DNA from: a virus
DNA length: 64,000 nucleotides
Strand: one strand, 5' to 3'
IMG/VR virus record: IMGVR_UViG_3300045988_091011
Span: 50,138-114,137 of that record
Made by a program: the position numbers and the translations under genes. The stretch's first letter is position 1, and every line of letters starts with the position of its first letter. The notes under the pieces were generated by a model. It saw nothing but the letters and a program-made list of their open reading frames with translations. It was not told the origin of the DNA and did not search any database. Below are positions 28,126 through 37,686 of the stretch, in pieces.

Positions 28126-29546
28126 GCTTTTATCCTATTATAATATTCTACAATCTTTTCTTTCCTATCTCCCGGTTTTACCGCCATATTCTCAGCCAAA
28201 AACCTAAAATACGACACTGGTATGTCCTTGAATCTAATTCCTTCATATTTTCCAAACCACATTATTATACTGTCAAGATCGTCTTCTCTCCTACCATCTC
28301 CGTTCACAGATTTAAGCGAGGCTGCCCGGCGAAGGATCTCGTCTTTGGTAATAATATCACCCATCCTTATATTGGACAGAAGTTGATCTCCGGCAAACAT
28401 ACACCAGCCCTTAGAAGGGAATTGCTCGATTGTCAAGTCTTCTATCCGACCGAAACGCCTCATGTTGTCGCAGCAATCAACTATCAGTGCCTCTTTCTTG
28501 TCAGGATGGATGCGGACGGCGCGGCCTAATATTTGGTAATACGTTGAATATGAGAAAGTCGGTCGACCAAACATCACACAATCAAGTTCAGGAAAATCAA
28601 ATCCGGTAGCAAGCGTTGAATAATTAAAAACCACCTTCAACTTACCTTCTTTGAAATCTGATATAATTTGTTCTCTTTTCTTTTTGGTTGTTAGCGATGT
28701 TACGACACCGGTTATGGCTCCCATCTTGGCATTCATAAACTCTGATATTCTATTACATGATTCGATAGAATCCATGCAAACCAAAATGGCTTTACGTTCG
28801 TTCATAAGTTGAAGAAGGCGCTTGTAGATAGAGTTGTTTAAGCCATTTCTTACAATACTTTCTTTAATAGATTCGTTGGTGTATTCAGCTCCGGTACTGT
28901 TTAACATCAGAGCCGATTCATCAAACGACCATCGTTCGTACTTAAGTGGACACCAAAACCCTTGAGAGGTTAGTTCTTGTATTTGAGTCACATGAACTAT
29001 TTTCTTGAAGAAATTATGCTCGTCTTTCGTCAGCATATTGAGCTTGCTATAGTTTCCTTCCAGCATGGAACTGTAGGTTCGGAGGCGGCAGGGGGTGGCG
29101 GTGAAGCCCAGCACCTTCGCCTCTGGAAACTCGCTCATAAACTCCATAAATTCAGAACCTTCCTCAGGAGAATATCCTGAATGACATTCGTCTATCAATA
29201 AGGTATCTATCCCTATATCCTTCAACCTCGCTACATCTTTCTTTATGCTCTTTAATGTTGCATAAGTCATAGCCGACAGCTCCTTTATACCACATGAAGC
29301 AGAATATATAGTAGGTTTAGAACCGAATGATACGGCTTTTGCATAATTCTGCTCCAGAATCTCTTTTGAGGGCTGTAATACTAATGTCGGTCTATTTATT
29401 TCATGTGCTATCTTGGATATCAGAAGGCTCTTTCCACATCCGCATGGAGCTACGATTATGCCAGGCTTCTTAGATCTTCCTGTAAGAAACTTAAGCCCGG
29501 CATCTACTGCCTCTTTCTGGTAAGGTCTAAGTTCAAAGCCCATCAC
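28122..29546 (-). CDS. Superfamily-2 DEAD/DEAH-box (ResIII-like) DNA helicase.
   Basis: Q motif RPYQ, motif I APCGCGKS, motif II LLIDECH, motif III GFTATP, motif VI QILGRAVR. Confidence 0.85.
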   Translation of the reverse strand: MMGFELRPYQKEAVDAGLKFLTGRSKKPGIIVAPCGCGKSLLISKIAHEINRPTLVLQPSKEILEQNYAKAVSFGSKPTIYSASCGIKELSAMTYATLKSIKKDVARLKDIGIDTLLIDECHSGYSPEEGSEFMEFMSEFPEAKVLGFTATPCRLRTYSSMLEGNYSKLNMLTKDEHNFFKKIVHVTQIQELTSQGFWCPLKYERWSFDESALMLNSTGAEYTNESIKESIVRNGLNNSIYKRLLQLMNERKAILVCMDSIESCNRISEFMNAKMGAITGVVTSLTTKKKREQIISDFKEGKLKVVFNYSTLATGFDFPELDCVMFGRPTFSYSTYYQILGRAVRIHPDKKEALIVDCCDNMRRFGRIEDLTIEQFPSKGWCMFAGDQLLSNIRMGDIITKDEILRRAASLKSVNGDGRREDDLDSIIMWFGKYEGIRFKDIPVSYFRFLAENMAVKPGDRKEKIVEYYNRIKA

Positions 29547-29919
29547 AATCTATTATATTATTTTTTGAAAGTTCTATTATCGCCTCCTTTAACATCTCTC
29601 TTGCTTTATTCTCATTATCTTCAAACAGGCATACACTGCATGTAGCACCTTTGGATGGGTAGTCTCTGTAGGCTTCTGCTCTTTCTACAACGTACTCACA
29701 ACAATAGTCGTGACTCATGTCTTTTGCTATACTTATAAAATGATCTTCTCCATCCATCAACACGCAATATTCAGCATCGTTTTCGCATGCAATAACACCT
29801 TTGTTTTTTAAAATGGATAGCACTTTATTTCCAAAAAGTCCAATATAGACCCATATACCTTTTCCTGCATTTTTGTAAAAAATACCCATCCCTTCTTTGA
29901 TTGTGACTTTCTTTTCCAT
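29533..29919 (-). CDS. Hypothetical protein, 128 aa.
   Basis: Co-oriented ORF. Confidence 0.5.
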   Translation of the reverse strand: MEKKVTIKEGMGIFYKNAGKGIWVYIGLFGNKVLSILKNKGVIACENDAEYCVLMDGEDHFISIAKDMSHDYCCEYVVERAEAYRDYPSKGATCSVCLFEDNENKAREMLKEAIIELSKNNIIDCDGL

Positions 29920-29925
29920 AACCCC

Positions 29926-30249
29926 TTATTCTATATCAGTAATTAAAATATATTTTTTAACAATATCTTCAAGACTCTCAGAAGAACGTATATATAGTTT
30001 TTCTTCGTACTCATATAGAGCGTACCCTTCTTTTATGATTAATATCTTAATCACATGCTTGCCTCTTTCAAATGGATCCTTAAAGTAGTTCTTATATTTG
30101 TATCTTTGACCTACTTTGATTTTGTCAGTTTTCTTCTTCATCTTATAACGATCTACTGCTTCACCTGTTTTTATGAAAATTGTCGTAAGCAAGTATAATA
30201 AAACTAAATACAAAAGGATCGCTACTCCACATATTAGATCTTCTTTCAT
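29926..30249 (-). CDS. Small membrane protein, 107 aa (N-terminal TM helix).
   Basis: Hydrophobic segment AILLYLVLLYLLTTIFI. Confidence 0.5.
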   Translation of the reverse strand: MKEDLICGVAILLYLVLLYLLTTIFIKTGEAVDRYKMKKKTDKIKVGQRYKYKNYFKDPFERGKHVIKILIIKEGYALYEYEEKLYIRSSESLEDIVKKYILITDIE

Positions 30250-30415
30250 TGGACTCCCTTTAAGTAGTTAAACCATATATTCTCCAGTCTTTCCTGAAGC
30301 TCAAATGCTTTCTTAAAATTCCCGCATCGTACAGCAACGTCTCTCATGTATGTCAAGTTTATAACTTCCGGATCTTGCCGGTATTTTGTTCTTAACTTTT
30401 GAACGTCCTCGTATT

Positions 30416-31435
30416 TCATCGCTTTATCTTTTTAGACGGATCCCAATCCGAAGAGAAAGGGCATTCGTTTTTGTTATGTAATCCAAAGTCACAATAATAA
30501 CACAGTGCCGACGGGCAGGGTAGCTTGTTTTGCGGAACAGGCTGGCTTAGAGTGGCACGCCGCTTGCTATACCTGGCTCCTTCTACTCCCTGGATGTATG
30601 CCTGAAATGTTTTTACACTATTATCTTCAAAATCATACATTTTGGATAAAGTGTTATTTAGCATCTCTATAGATTTTGTTTTACGATCTTCATCTACTTT
30701 AACCTTTTGGTACTGCCTGGTCCTGGTAAAGAAATAGATGTTCATATCTGGTAGAACTCCACCATATTTTCTATAGATGTAAAATGAATATATAGGATGC
30801 TGTAAATTTGTCTCCAGTTTCTTAGAATCAAAAACCTTATTCCCTGATTTCCAATCTATGACATAATGGTGAACTACGTTCTTGCTCTTTATAGCCAGAT
30901 GAAGGTCTACCGATCCTACTATGTACACATGAGTATGAATTACTCCATTTATGTTAACAGGCTTAGGAAGACGGTACGGCAGCACAAAATCTTCTTCGAC
31001 TCCAACTATAGCGCCGTGTCTGATAAGTTTCTCGCAGGGATTAAGATCACTATCAGCTATCATAAACCTATTGCCGTCTTTTTTGAACAGATCCACAATC
31101 CAAGCAAGAAGCTCCCCAGATTGCTTCATGGCTATCATCATATTTTCCGGTGATTGCCAAGGTATGTCTTCTTGGTAAGCATAGTAACTTATAGCTTCCC
31201 CCAGGTCTTTGCCAGAAGGCTGTCTTCCGTTCTTAAAGAAGTATTCCAGTGTCTTATGGATAACCGTACCATAAGACGTAGCTTCTTGTTTTTCCGTAGA
31301 CCTTTTGCCCTCCACGTAAGTCTTATACCATTTCATTGGACAAGTAAGAAACGTATCTATCTGGGAATAAGATATGGCAAGACGTTTCACGCCATTAAAC
31401 TCCTTATATAGCAAATGCGTTTCCGGGACCATCAT
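30416..31435 (-). CDS. Cas4/RecB-like PD-(D/E)XK exonuclease with a C-terminal Cys cluster.
   Basis: YSQIDTFLTCP N-terminal motif, VGSVDLHL, VIDWKSG (the D/E-x-K motif), and a four-Cys cluster CPSALCYYC...NECPF. Confidence 0.7.
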   Translation of the reverse strand: MMVPETHLLYKEFNGVKRLAISYSQIDTFLTCPMKWYKTYVEGKRSTEKQEATSYGTVIHKTLEYFFKNGRQPSGKDLGEAISYYAYQEDIPWQSPENMMIAMKQSGELLAWIVDLFKKDGNRFMIADSDLNPCEKLIRHGAIVGVEEDFVLPYRLPKPVNINGVIHTHVYIVGSVDLHLAIKSKNVVHHYVIDWKSGNKVFDSKKLETNLQHPIYSFYIYRKYGGVLPDMNIYFFTRTRQYQKVKVDEDRKTKSIEMLNNTLSKMYDFEDNSVKTFQAYIQGVEGARYSKRRATLSQPVPQNKLPCPSALCYYCDFGLHNKNECPFSSDWDPSKKIKR

Positions 31436-31779
31436 AAGTCATTGTCTTTAAATCCTTCCGGGTAATATACGACATACTTCTTACCGTCTTCTGGTGTCAT
31501 GGCAAACTGCATGTAGTTATTACGATTACGATGTTTACCATCCAATCCTCGTTTCCAATACAGTATCCCGTCTATATCCACATAAGATCGGCCCCGTTCG
31601 GCTCTAACTACGTCCGTGTGTAGCAGATACCCGTCGGAAGACACGATCCATACTTTATCACCTTTGTTTAAATAAGATATTCTTTTTCTTACAACAACCT
31701 TTTTCTTATTATCCAATACAAATTCCTCGTCAGTCATACTCTTCATCCTCCTCTTCTTCTGTTTCAAAATCAATTCCAT
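31432..31779 (-). CDS. Hypothetical protein, 115 aa.
   Basis: Co-oriented ORF with ATGA overlap to the nuclease gene. Confidence 0.5.
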   Translation of the reverse strand: MELILKQKKRRMKSMTDEEFVLDNKKKVVVRKRISYLNKGDKVWIVSSDGYLLHTDVVRAERGRSYVDIDGILYWKRGLDGKHRNRNNYMQFAMTPEDGKKYVVYYPEGFKDNDL

Positions 31780-31902
31780 ATCCCATATTCTATTAAATAT
31801 ATTTAAAGCTATTCGTATGTTTTAATACATCCCCTCGGAGACCTTTCGGTCTCCTTGGTAGATGTAAATCCCGTTAGGGATAAGTCAGGATTTCTCCTGT
31901 AA

Positions 31903-32090
31903 GTACCCATCGCCAATGTTATTTGAGGTTTTGAATAAGCAACACTGTTCCTGAATACCAGAACTGTTTAATCACTTACCTTAGAGCTACAGACTTGGGC
32001 AAACATCCGTAGGTAACTATCTATTCTTAAATAACGTAGCCTTTGTTTCAAGGCTTAGGCTAATAACCCGATCTCTTAAAGAGATGTATT
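31903..32090 (-). ncRNA. Partner-less second copy of the IscB-associated omegaRNA-like scaffold (about 164-nt conserved core plus a divergent terminal hairpin).
   Basis: About 93% identical to 43678-43843. The stem AGCCTT/AAGGCT here is replaced by AGTGTT/AACACT in the other copy, a compensatory change. Lies in a 520-bp non-coding gap. Strand inferred from iscB orientation. Confidence 0.35.
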
Positions 32091-32302
32091 AAACTTTTAT
32101 AATAGAATTATATTGGTTTAATACTATTTGGGGTTATAACACTGATCATAATGATTGGTCAGTTCTTCTGGTTCTAAATCTTGTCCAAAATCCATGTTAA
32201 AAATATCGTAATTAGTAAAGCACTGTTCCTGCCGGCAGGAAATCTATGAATGCTGCTTTTGCTTCTTCAATTAGGCCCAAGTGTAACCTTGGGCCATTGT
32301 AT

Positions 32303-34003
32303 TTATTTTTTGTCATCTCCTTTTAGCTTCTTTAAAGTATCTGCAATCGGAAGCTGATCAATGACTCCCAATGCCGGAGCGACGGTCTTAACAACATTGT
32401 TAAGGAAATTACCGGTACTGTTCTGACCGCCGTCAAATACCGTGATATTTCCGAGGTTAATGTGCTCAAATGCCTTAACCTGTTCTCCAGCAATTTCTTT
32501 CCACTGATTAACCATCTTGTACTGGATGGCTATCTGAGGATTGGATTCTGCCGCTTCCACCATAGCCTTAAATCCGTCGGCTTCTGCCATTAACGACTTT
32601 TTCTTACCTTCGGCTTCTGCCTCCAGCTTCATCTGAATAGCTTTTGCCTCTGCCTCAGCTTTTGCCAAATGTGCTGCTGCCTCTGCCTCAGCCCGGCGTT
32701 TGATCTTCTCTGCCTCAGCATCAGCTTGCAAGATAGCCTCTTCCTTCTGGGTTTCAGCCGGCACAATCTTTTCAGCCTTAAGCGCAGCCTGAACTTTCTT
32801 AGCCTTAGCTTCTTCCACTTCTTTATCAGCAAGTTCTTTTGCCGTTTTTACAGCCGCTTCCGATTTAACTTTTTCTTCTCCGGCCTTCTTCTCTGATTGA
32901 GCTTTGATGATCTGTAATTCTGATACCGATACAGCAACCTCCTTCTGGGCATTGTTGTATCCTATAGACGCATTTTTCTCAGCCTCAGCCTTCTTAATCT
33001 GAGCTTCAGAGTCTTGTATTGCTATAGCTGCTTCCTTGTCAGCTTCAGCCTTATTTTTTCCGACTTCTTCCATCCTTTCAGCCTCGGCTTTATTTACTTC
33101 AAGTTCTGCCTTAGATCTTACAATCGCCGATTCCTTGTCGGTTAAAGTTTTTGCGATAACCGCAGCCCTGTCTCTATCTGCTTGAGCTACGCCGATCTGT
33201 TTCTCTTTATCGGTTAAAGCCAAGGCTATTTCTTTTTCTTTCTTCGTTTCAGCTACTATCGTTTCCTTTTCTTTTTCAGTACAAGCAATTTGAATCTCTT
33301 GTTCTTTTTTGGTATTAGCTACAGCCGTTTCTTTCTCCTTCTGCTGTACAGCAATCTTAATAGCACCCAGTTTCTCCTGTTCTTCGATATTAGCCTGTGC
33401 TTCGTTCAGAGCCCTACTTTCAGCCTCCTTACCAAGGTTCATAATATAACCGGCTTCGTCTCTGATGTCACTGATGTTGATGTTCAGGAGGTAAAGACCT
33501 AACTTGTTAAGTTCGTTATCAATGTTCTTTCTTGCCTTATCCAAAAACTCATCCCTGTCAGAATTAAGTTTTTCGATTGTCATTTCAGCAATAATCAAAC
33601 GCATCTGACCGTAAACGATGTCCGTAATAAGATTTTCAGTAGATTCGGTATCCATCCCCAAAAGTCTTTCTGCCGCATTTTGCATGATTTCTGGATTTGT
33701 ACTGATAGCTACTGTAATAGTCGTAGGTACATCTACTCTAATATTCTGAGATGACAAAGCACCGGTAAGCTTGCAATCTATTTGCATAGGCTCCATTGAC
33801 AAAACATCATAGCTTTGAATAATAGGCAAGACAAATGCCGCTCCACCATGATATAATTTTGCCGACTTCTTTTCCCCACCTGTCTTACCGTAAACGACCA
33901 AGACCTGATTAGGCTTACATCTACGATACCTTGATAAGACTCCGATGATTGTCAAAATAATCACTACAGCTAAGATAGCTGACACGTACATGATTGTTGT
34001 CAC
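32303..34003 (-). CDS. Flotillin-like SPFH/band-7 protein (N-terminal TM, SPFH domain, long Ala/Glu/Lys-rich coiled coil).
   Basis: TM MYVSAILAVVIILTIIGVL. SPFH signature VVYGKTGG..., IDCKLTG, IRVDV, AAERLLGMD, GLYLLNINISDIRDEAGYI..LGKEAESRA. About 300 aa of EAEAK-type coiled coil. Confidence 0.85.
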   Translation of the reverse strand: MTTIMYVSAILAVVIILTIIGVLSRYRRCKPNQVLVVYGKTGGEKKSAKLYHGGAAFVLPIIQSYDVLSMEPMQIDCKLTGALSSQNIRVDVPTTITVAISTNPEIMQNAAERLLGMDTESTENLITDIVYGQMRLIIAEMTIEKLNSDRDEFLDKARKNIDNELNKLGLYLLNINISDIRDEAGYIMNLGKEAESRALNEAQANIEEQEKLGAIKIAVQQKEKETAVANTKKEQEIQIACTEKEKETIVAETKKEKEIALALTDKEKQIGVAQADRDRAAVIAKTLTDKESAIVRSKAELEVNKAEAERMEEVGKNKAEADKEAAIAIQDSEAQIKKAEAEKNASIGYNNAQKEVAVSVSELQIIKAQSEKKAGEEKVKSEAAVKTAKELADKEVEEAKAKKVQAALKAEKIVPAETQKEEAILQADAEAEKIKRRAEAEAAAHLAKAEAEAKAIQMKLEAEAEGKKKSLMAEADGFKAMVEAAESNPQIAIQYKMVNQWKEIAGEQVKAFEHINLGNITVFDGGQNSTGNFLNNVVKTVAPALGVIDQLPIADTLKKLKGDDKK

Positions 34004-34035
34004 AACTTTTAAAATTTAATTGTTGATAAAAAAAA

Positions 34036-34530
34036 TTAGATACTTAATTCTCCTTCTTCATATTTTATATTCGCCTTGTCGCCGTTTTTGTAGGTTTTTC
34101 CAGACAAGCATCTTACTCTCATTTGCTCTTGTCTTCCATTTTTCGAAATATTTACCATATAATGATTCTTCCCTGATCTAAACACTATCTCCACTTCTCT
34201 GCCATTTAAATCTTCCGGACATTCGTACACCATTTCTTGCTTTAACTTAAGAAGTAACTTATATACGTAAAACAAAACGATAAAGAAAAACGACCCTATC
34301 ACAACCCCTACTAAATGGGAACCCGAAAAGTAGGTAGTCCAGCTATATCCAAGAATAAAATGTGTTATGCCCTTGAATGATATGATGTCCGACAAAGACA
34401 TGCTTAAATCAGAAGCACTGTCAATGTCAATATCCGTATCCAGATCAGATCCTAATATCGACAACAAAAACTGTATAACAAAAGCAAATGACGCTATTAA
34501 AGCCATGCATAAAATTATATCACTTCCCAT
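34036..34530 (-). CDS. NfeD-like membrane protein (N-terminal TM helices plus a C-terminal beta-barrel), the usual flotillin operon partner.
   Basis: Three hydrophobic helices, then GREVEIVFRSGKNHYMVNISKNGRQEQMRVRCLSG. Located immediately 5' of the flotillin gene. Confidence 0.55.
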   Translation of the reverse strand: MGSDIILCMALIASFAFVIQFLLSILGSDLDTDIDIDSASDLSMSLSDIISFKGITHFILGYSWTTYFSGSHLVGVVIGSFFFIVLFYVYKLLLKLKQEMVYECPEDLNGREVEIVFRSGKNHYMVNISKNGRQEQMRVRCLSGKTYKNGDKANIKYEEGELSI

Positions 34531-34771
34531 ACCCTTCTGTTATTATTTTGTAAACAAGATCAGTCATATCTTTGATGGTCTCCATATCATAATCAATAAT
34601 AACAATATTGAATTTTTGTTCCACCATCACATCAAGCTCAATTCGATCAACAGAATCTAATCCAAGTTCTTTAAACGTCACATCTTCTTTATGAACTATA
34701 TCTATTTCCGAATTAAGAAACTGAGTAATAATTATATCCTCTATTATCTTTCTGATTCTTACTTTTTCCAT
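34520..34771 (-). CDS. Acyl-carrier-protein-like protein (83 aa).
   Basis: FKELGLDSVDRIELDVMVEQKF matches the ACP DLGxDSLDxVELVM motif around the phosphopantetheine-attachment serine. Length is ACP-like. Confidence 0.7.
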   Translation of the reverse strand: MEKVRIRKIIEDIIITQFLNSEIDIVHKEDVTFKELGLDSVDRIELDVMVEQKFNIVIIDYDMETIKDMTDLVYKIITEGYGK

Positions 34772-35472
34772 TGCTTTCTAATTTTGTTAAATAAATACGT
34801 TTTTATGTTTTTCAATCGCTCTTTGTCTGTTTCAGAACTTCCGGTAAACAAATAATCCGGATTGCCTTTAGCCGGCGGCGTAGGCAATTTAGATACGGCA
34901 AACAACCAATCCATTTCCTTATTCTTCTTAGACTCCAAATAAGGCTCGGTAGCGATCTTAAATTTTTCAGCTATTAAGTTAAAGAGCTTTGAATTTTTAA
35001 GGTTCATATGGACTGAAAAAGCCTGAGAAGGCGGTTTCCATATGAAGTTACATAAGCTCATTGTATAATCTCCTGACTCTGCTATATAAGATTCCGTTAC
35101 CTGAAGTATGACCTCTTTCTTGAATGAGGTGTTACCCATAAACCAACACAATCTGGATTCCGCTTCTTTTCTGCTGACACCTATGTCTTTTGAATATGAT
35201 TCGTACATTCCTATCATAATCTTCAACGTTTCCAGAACCTCGTCCGTCATTTCCGGTGTCTCTATATAATTCACAAAAGACGTTCCTTTGTTGGTTAATC
35301 TCATCACGCCTGATTTTAATTTCTCAACCAGGCCAAGCTCTATATACCTCCCAGCATCTTCTTCCGGCATGGCTTCGATCATAACCGTATCCTTCTGTCT
35401 TATGGCAAGAAGATTAGCAAGATCATTAGGAGTCATGTCTGATGCTGCAAGTTGTCTGAAATTGATGTACAT
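34759..35472 (-). CDS. Hypothetical protein, 237 aa.
   Basis: Co-oriented ORF immediately upstream of the ACP-like gene. Confidence 0.6.
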   Translation of the reverse strand: MYINFRQLAASDMTPNDLANLLAIRQKDTVMIEAMPEEDAGRYIELGLVEKLKSGVMRLTNKGTSFVNYIETPEMTDEVLETLKIMIGMYESYSKDIGVSRKEAESRLCWFMGNTSFKKEVILQVTESYIAESGDYTMSLCNFIWKPPSQAFSVHMNLKNSKLFNLIAEKFKIATEPYLESKKNKEMDWLFAVSKLPTPPAKGNPDYLFTGSSETDKERLKNIKTYLFNKIRKQWKK

Positions 35473-35474
35473 AC

Positions 35475-35672
35475 CTAATCAGCTTTAATAAAAATAACAT
35501 TCTTGTTATCTTGTCTATCAGCATGTCCACATGGACCAACAATTATGTCTGTACATGAACAAGAATCGTAATCTTCGAATATACACCTATCGCATATATC
35601 ACCTTCCACACATTTTAATCTTACAAGTCCGGCATCAAATACTTCTCCTACTTTAAATTCCTTCTTTTCCAT
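35475..35672 (-). CDS. Small Cys-rich metal-binding-like protein, 65 aa.
   Basis: CVEGDICDRC...CSCTD...GPCGH. Confidence 0.45.
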   Translation of the reverse strand: MEKKEFKVGEVFDAGLVRLKCVEGDICDRCIFEDYDSCSCTDIIVGPCGHADRQDNKNVIFIKAD

Positions 35673-35687
35673 ATTCCCTCCTTGTTT

Positions 35688-36290
35688 TTAACTGTTGTAC
35701 CCTTCTTTAATAATCGAATTTCTACCGGTAGATACCGACTGGCGAAGATCGTCATGTACAGAATCTACCGTAGAATACTTGTTTCTGGTTGTAAAAATTA
35801 CTTCCAGCATCTCCTTGTAATCACCTAAAGCTACTTCGTATCTCGGATCTACTTTGGCTTTTCTTTCAGCCTCGGCATTACTTTTAGCCAGTTCCCGATC
35901 AAGAAGATCTTCTTTTATTCGGTCAGCAATCATATCAAGTTCTTTTTTAATAACTTCTCCTGCTGCCCGAAGTTGACCTTCTACGTCACCAAGCTGGTCT
36001 TGGACGGTTCCTATTTCTTTCTTTAGACGATCGTATTCGTTAATCATACCCATATCACCTGCATAACCAGAAAAGTCCTTGATTATTCTGGTTCCTTCTT
36101 TAAGGAGCTCAATAACTCGTCTTTTACGTTCTCTGCTTATTAAAGACGGAAGACGATAATTCATATCCGCCACCGCCTTATCATGTATGGAGTTGATTAA
36201 AAACATCTCTCTTTCATCCCCTGCAAACTCAGTAAGAACCAAAAGGAACTTACTTATCAGGTATTCGTTTTCTTCTACTGTTAGTCTCAT
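35688..36290 (-). CDS. Coiled-coil protein, 200 aa.
   Basis: Heptad-rich sequence. ORF in the array. Confidence 0.55.
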   Translation of the reverse strand: MRLTVEENEYLISKFLLVLTEFAGDEREMFLINSIHDKAVADMNYRLPSLISRERKRRVIELLKEGTRIIKDFSGYAGDMGMINEYDRLKKEIGTVQDQLGDVEGQLRAAGEVIKKELDMIADRIKEDLLDRELAKSNAEAERKAKVDPRYEVALGDYKEMLEVIFTTRNKYSTVDSVHDDLRQSVSTGRNSIIKEGYNS

Positions 36291-36305
36291 GGTTCTTATT
36301 TTTTT

Positions 36306-37439
36306 TTAATACAATGACTGTTCTTCCTTTGTCTCTTGTTCTTGTTCCTGATTGTCTGTAACGTCTTCCACAGTATAGAGCTTGGGCGGAGTCGGCGGCT
36401 GGTTGGGGTTCACGAACTTCGTCCCGCCCTCCCCGTACATCCATCCATGCCCTGGCAGGATCTCCGGGTGGATTGTATTAGTAAGCTCTTCCATACTAAC
36501 TTGCCTTACCTTCAGTATATGATGAAACACCAGTCCGGCTGTCCTGAATGATGTTTTGTTTTCAGTTTTAAACCTATCAAGAGTCTGATACCAATCTTTC
36601 CCAAATATCATATACTTATCCAGCCCGTACCTACGAGGATTGTGCAAACCTATCATTAACGTACATAACTGACCCAGCGTATCAGACTGGTAAAAATCAG
36701 AAAGACGCGGAGGCTGCTCTTGTGGGCTTTTTATCCTTCCTTCTATCTCTCTGTTGAATTGGGATATGATGAGGAAAAATATGTTTTTATATACTAATTT
36801 AGCTTCGTTCATAACCGCCACCAAATCATCTATAGCCGACTTAGGATCTAACCCCATTCTTTTTATCAAAGCAATATGATCGACTTTAAATATTATAAGA
36901 CGTTTGTCTTTATGTTTGGTAGCTATATGATACACAGCCGCCTCAAACTCTTTTACCGTACACGGAGCATCGATGTATATTATATTATTCCTGATTTCAC
37001 CTTGAAGGATTTCAAACATCCTCATCTCTTCTACTGTATTAGAATCTTGCCTTCTTAATATTTCAGGAGCCCGCTTTTTCATATCCTGGCTCATTCTACG
37101 AAGAAGAAGATCTTGAGGATTCATTTCGAACTCGCAATTAACAAGAAAATAATCTTCTGCTTGCGGGTTGATCATCGGATTCATCACATTTTCCAATATC
37201 TTTTGGGCCACATACGATTTACCTACAGATGGCCGGGCTCCTATGGCAATAGCATGCTGAGGGAAAATACCTCCAAGCAAAGCCTCATCAATATAATCGT
37301 ATCCGGTTTTAGCGGGGATAAGCTCTCCCCGCCTGTATTTCAAGATATTCTCATACGCCTCTTCCATAACTTGTTTAGAGGTCTTGAATATCCTTCTTAT
37401 ATCTATCCTATTTGCTATCTCCTCTTGCATTTTTGTCAC
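36306..37439 (-). CDS. DnaB-like replicative helicase (RecA-like C-terminal domain).
   Basis: TGYDYIDEALLGGIFPQHAIAIGARPSVGKS (Walker A, the DnaB H1 motif) and IISQFNRE (DnaB LSQLNR-like). Confidence 0.75.
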   Translation of the reverse strand: MTKMQEEIANRIDIRRIFKTSKQVMEEAYENILKYRRGELIPAKTGYDYIDEALLGGIFPQHAIAIGARPSVGKSYVAQKILENVMNPMINPQAEDYFLVNCEFEMNPQDLLLRRMSQDMKKRAPEILRRQDSNTVEEMRMFEILQGEIRNNIIYIDAPCTVKEFEAAVYHIATKHKDKRLIIFKVDHIALIKRMGLDPKSAIDDLVAVMNEAKLVYKNIFFLIISQFNREIEGRIKSPQEQPPRLSDFYQSDTLGQLCTLMIGLHNPRRYGLDKYMIFGKDWYQTLDRFKTENKTSFRTAGLVFHHILKVRQVSMEELTNTIHPEILPGHGWMYGEGGTKFVNPNQPPTPPKLYTVEDVTDNQEQEQETKEEQSLY

Positions 37440-37686
37440 CTTTCGTATCCGACTTGGATCCCCTATTAGCTTTTACTGATTTATACCTAAGACCGTTCTT
37501 GGTATGAGAACAATCCTTGCCTTTCCTCCAGCCCTTGCCCTTCTTCTTGTCCGTTTCGTAGTTTTTACGACCAAGCTCCCGGCGTTTGGCTTTCTGTTCC
37601 GGTCTGGCATTTATCTCCTTGTCTTTTTTAGCCTTTTTCTTCCTGGCTTCGGGATGAGTCCTGTAGTACTCTGTTGATCTGCCCAT
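37408..37686 (-). CDS. Small highly basic Lys/Arg-rich protein, 92 aa (possible DNA-binding or histone-like).
   Basis: Composition read directly. Confidence 0.45.
   Translation of the reverse strand: MGRSTEYYRTHPEARKKKAKKDKEINARPEQKAKRRELGRKNYETDKKKGKGWRKGKDCSHTKNGLRYKSVKANRGSKSDTKGDKNARGDSK

Noticed and set aside
34759-35472. Considered calling the 237-aa protein next to the ACP gene a phosphopantetheinyl transferase.
   Set aside because: Only a weak FKKEVIL resemblance to the (F/W)SxKE(S/A)hhK motif. No convincing GxD(x)E motif at the right spacing.
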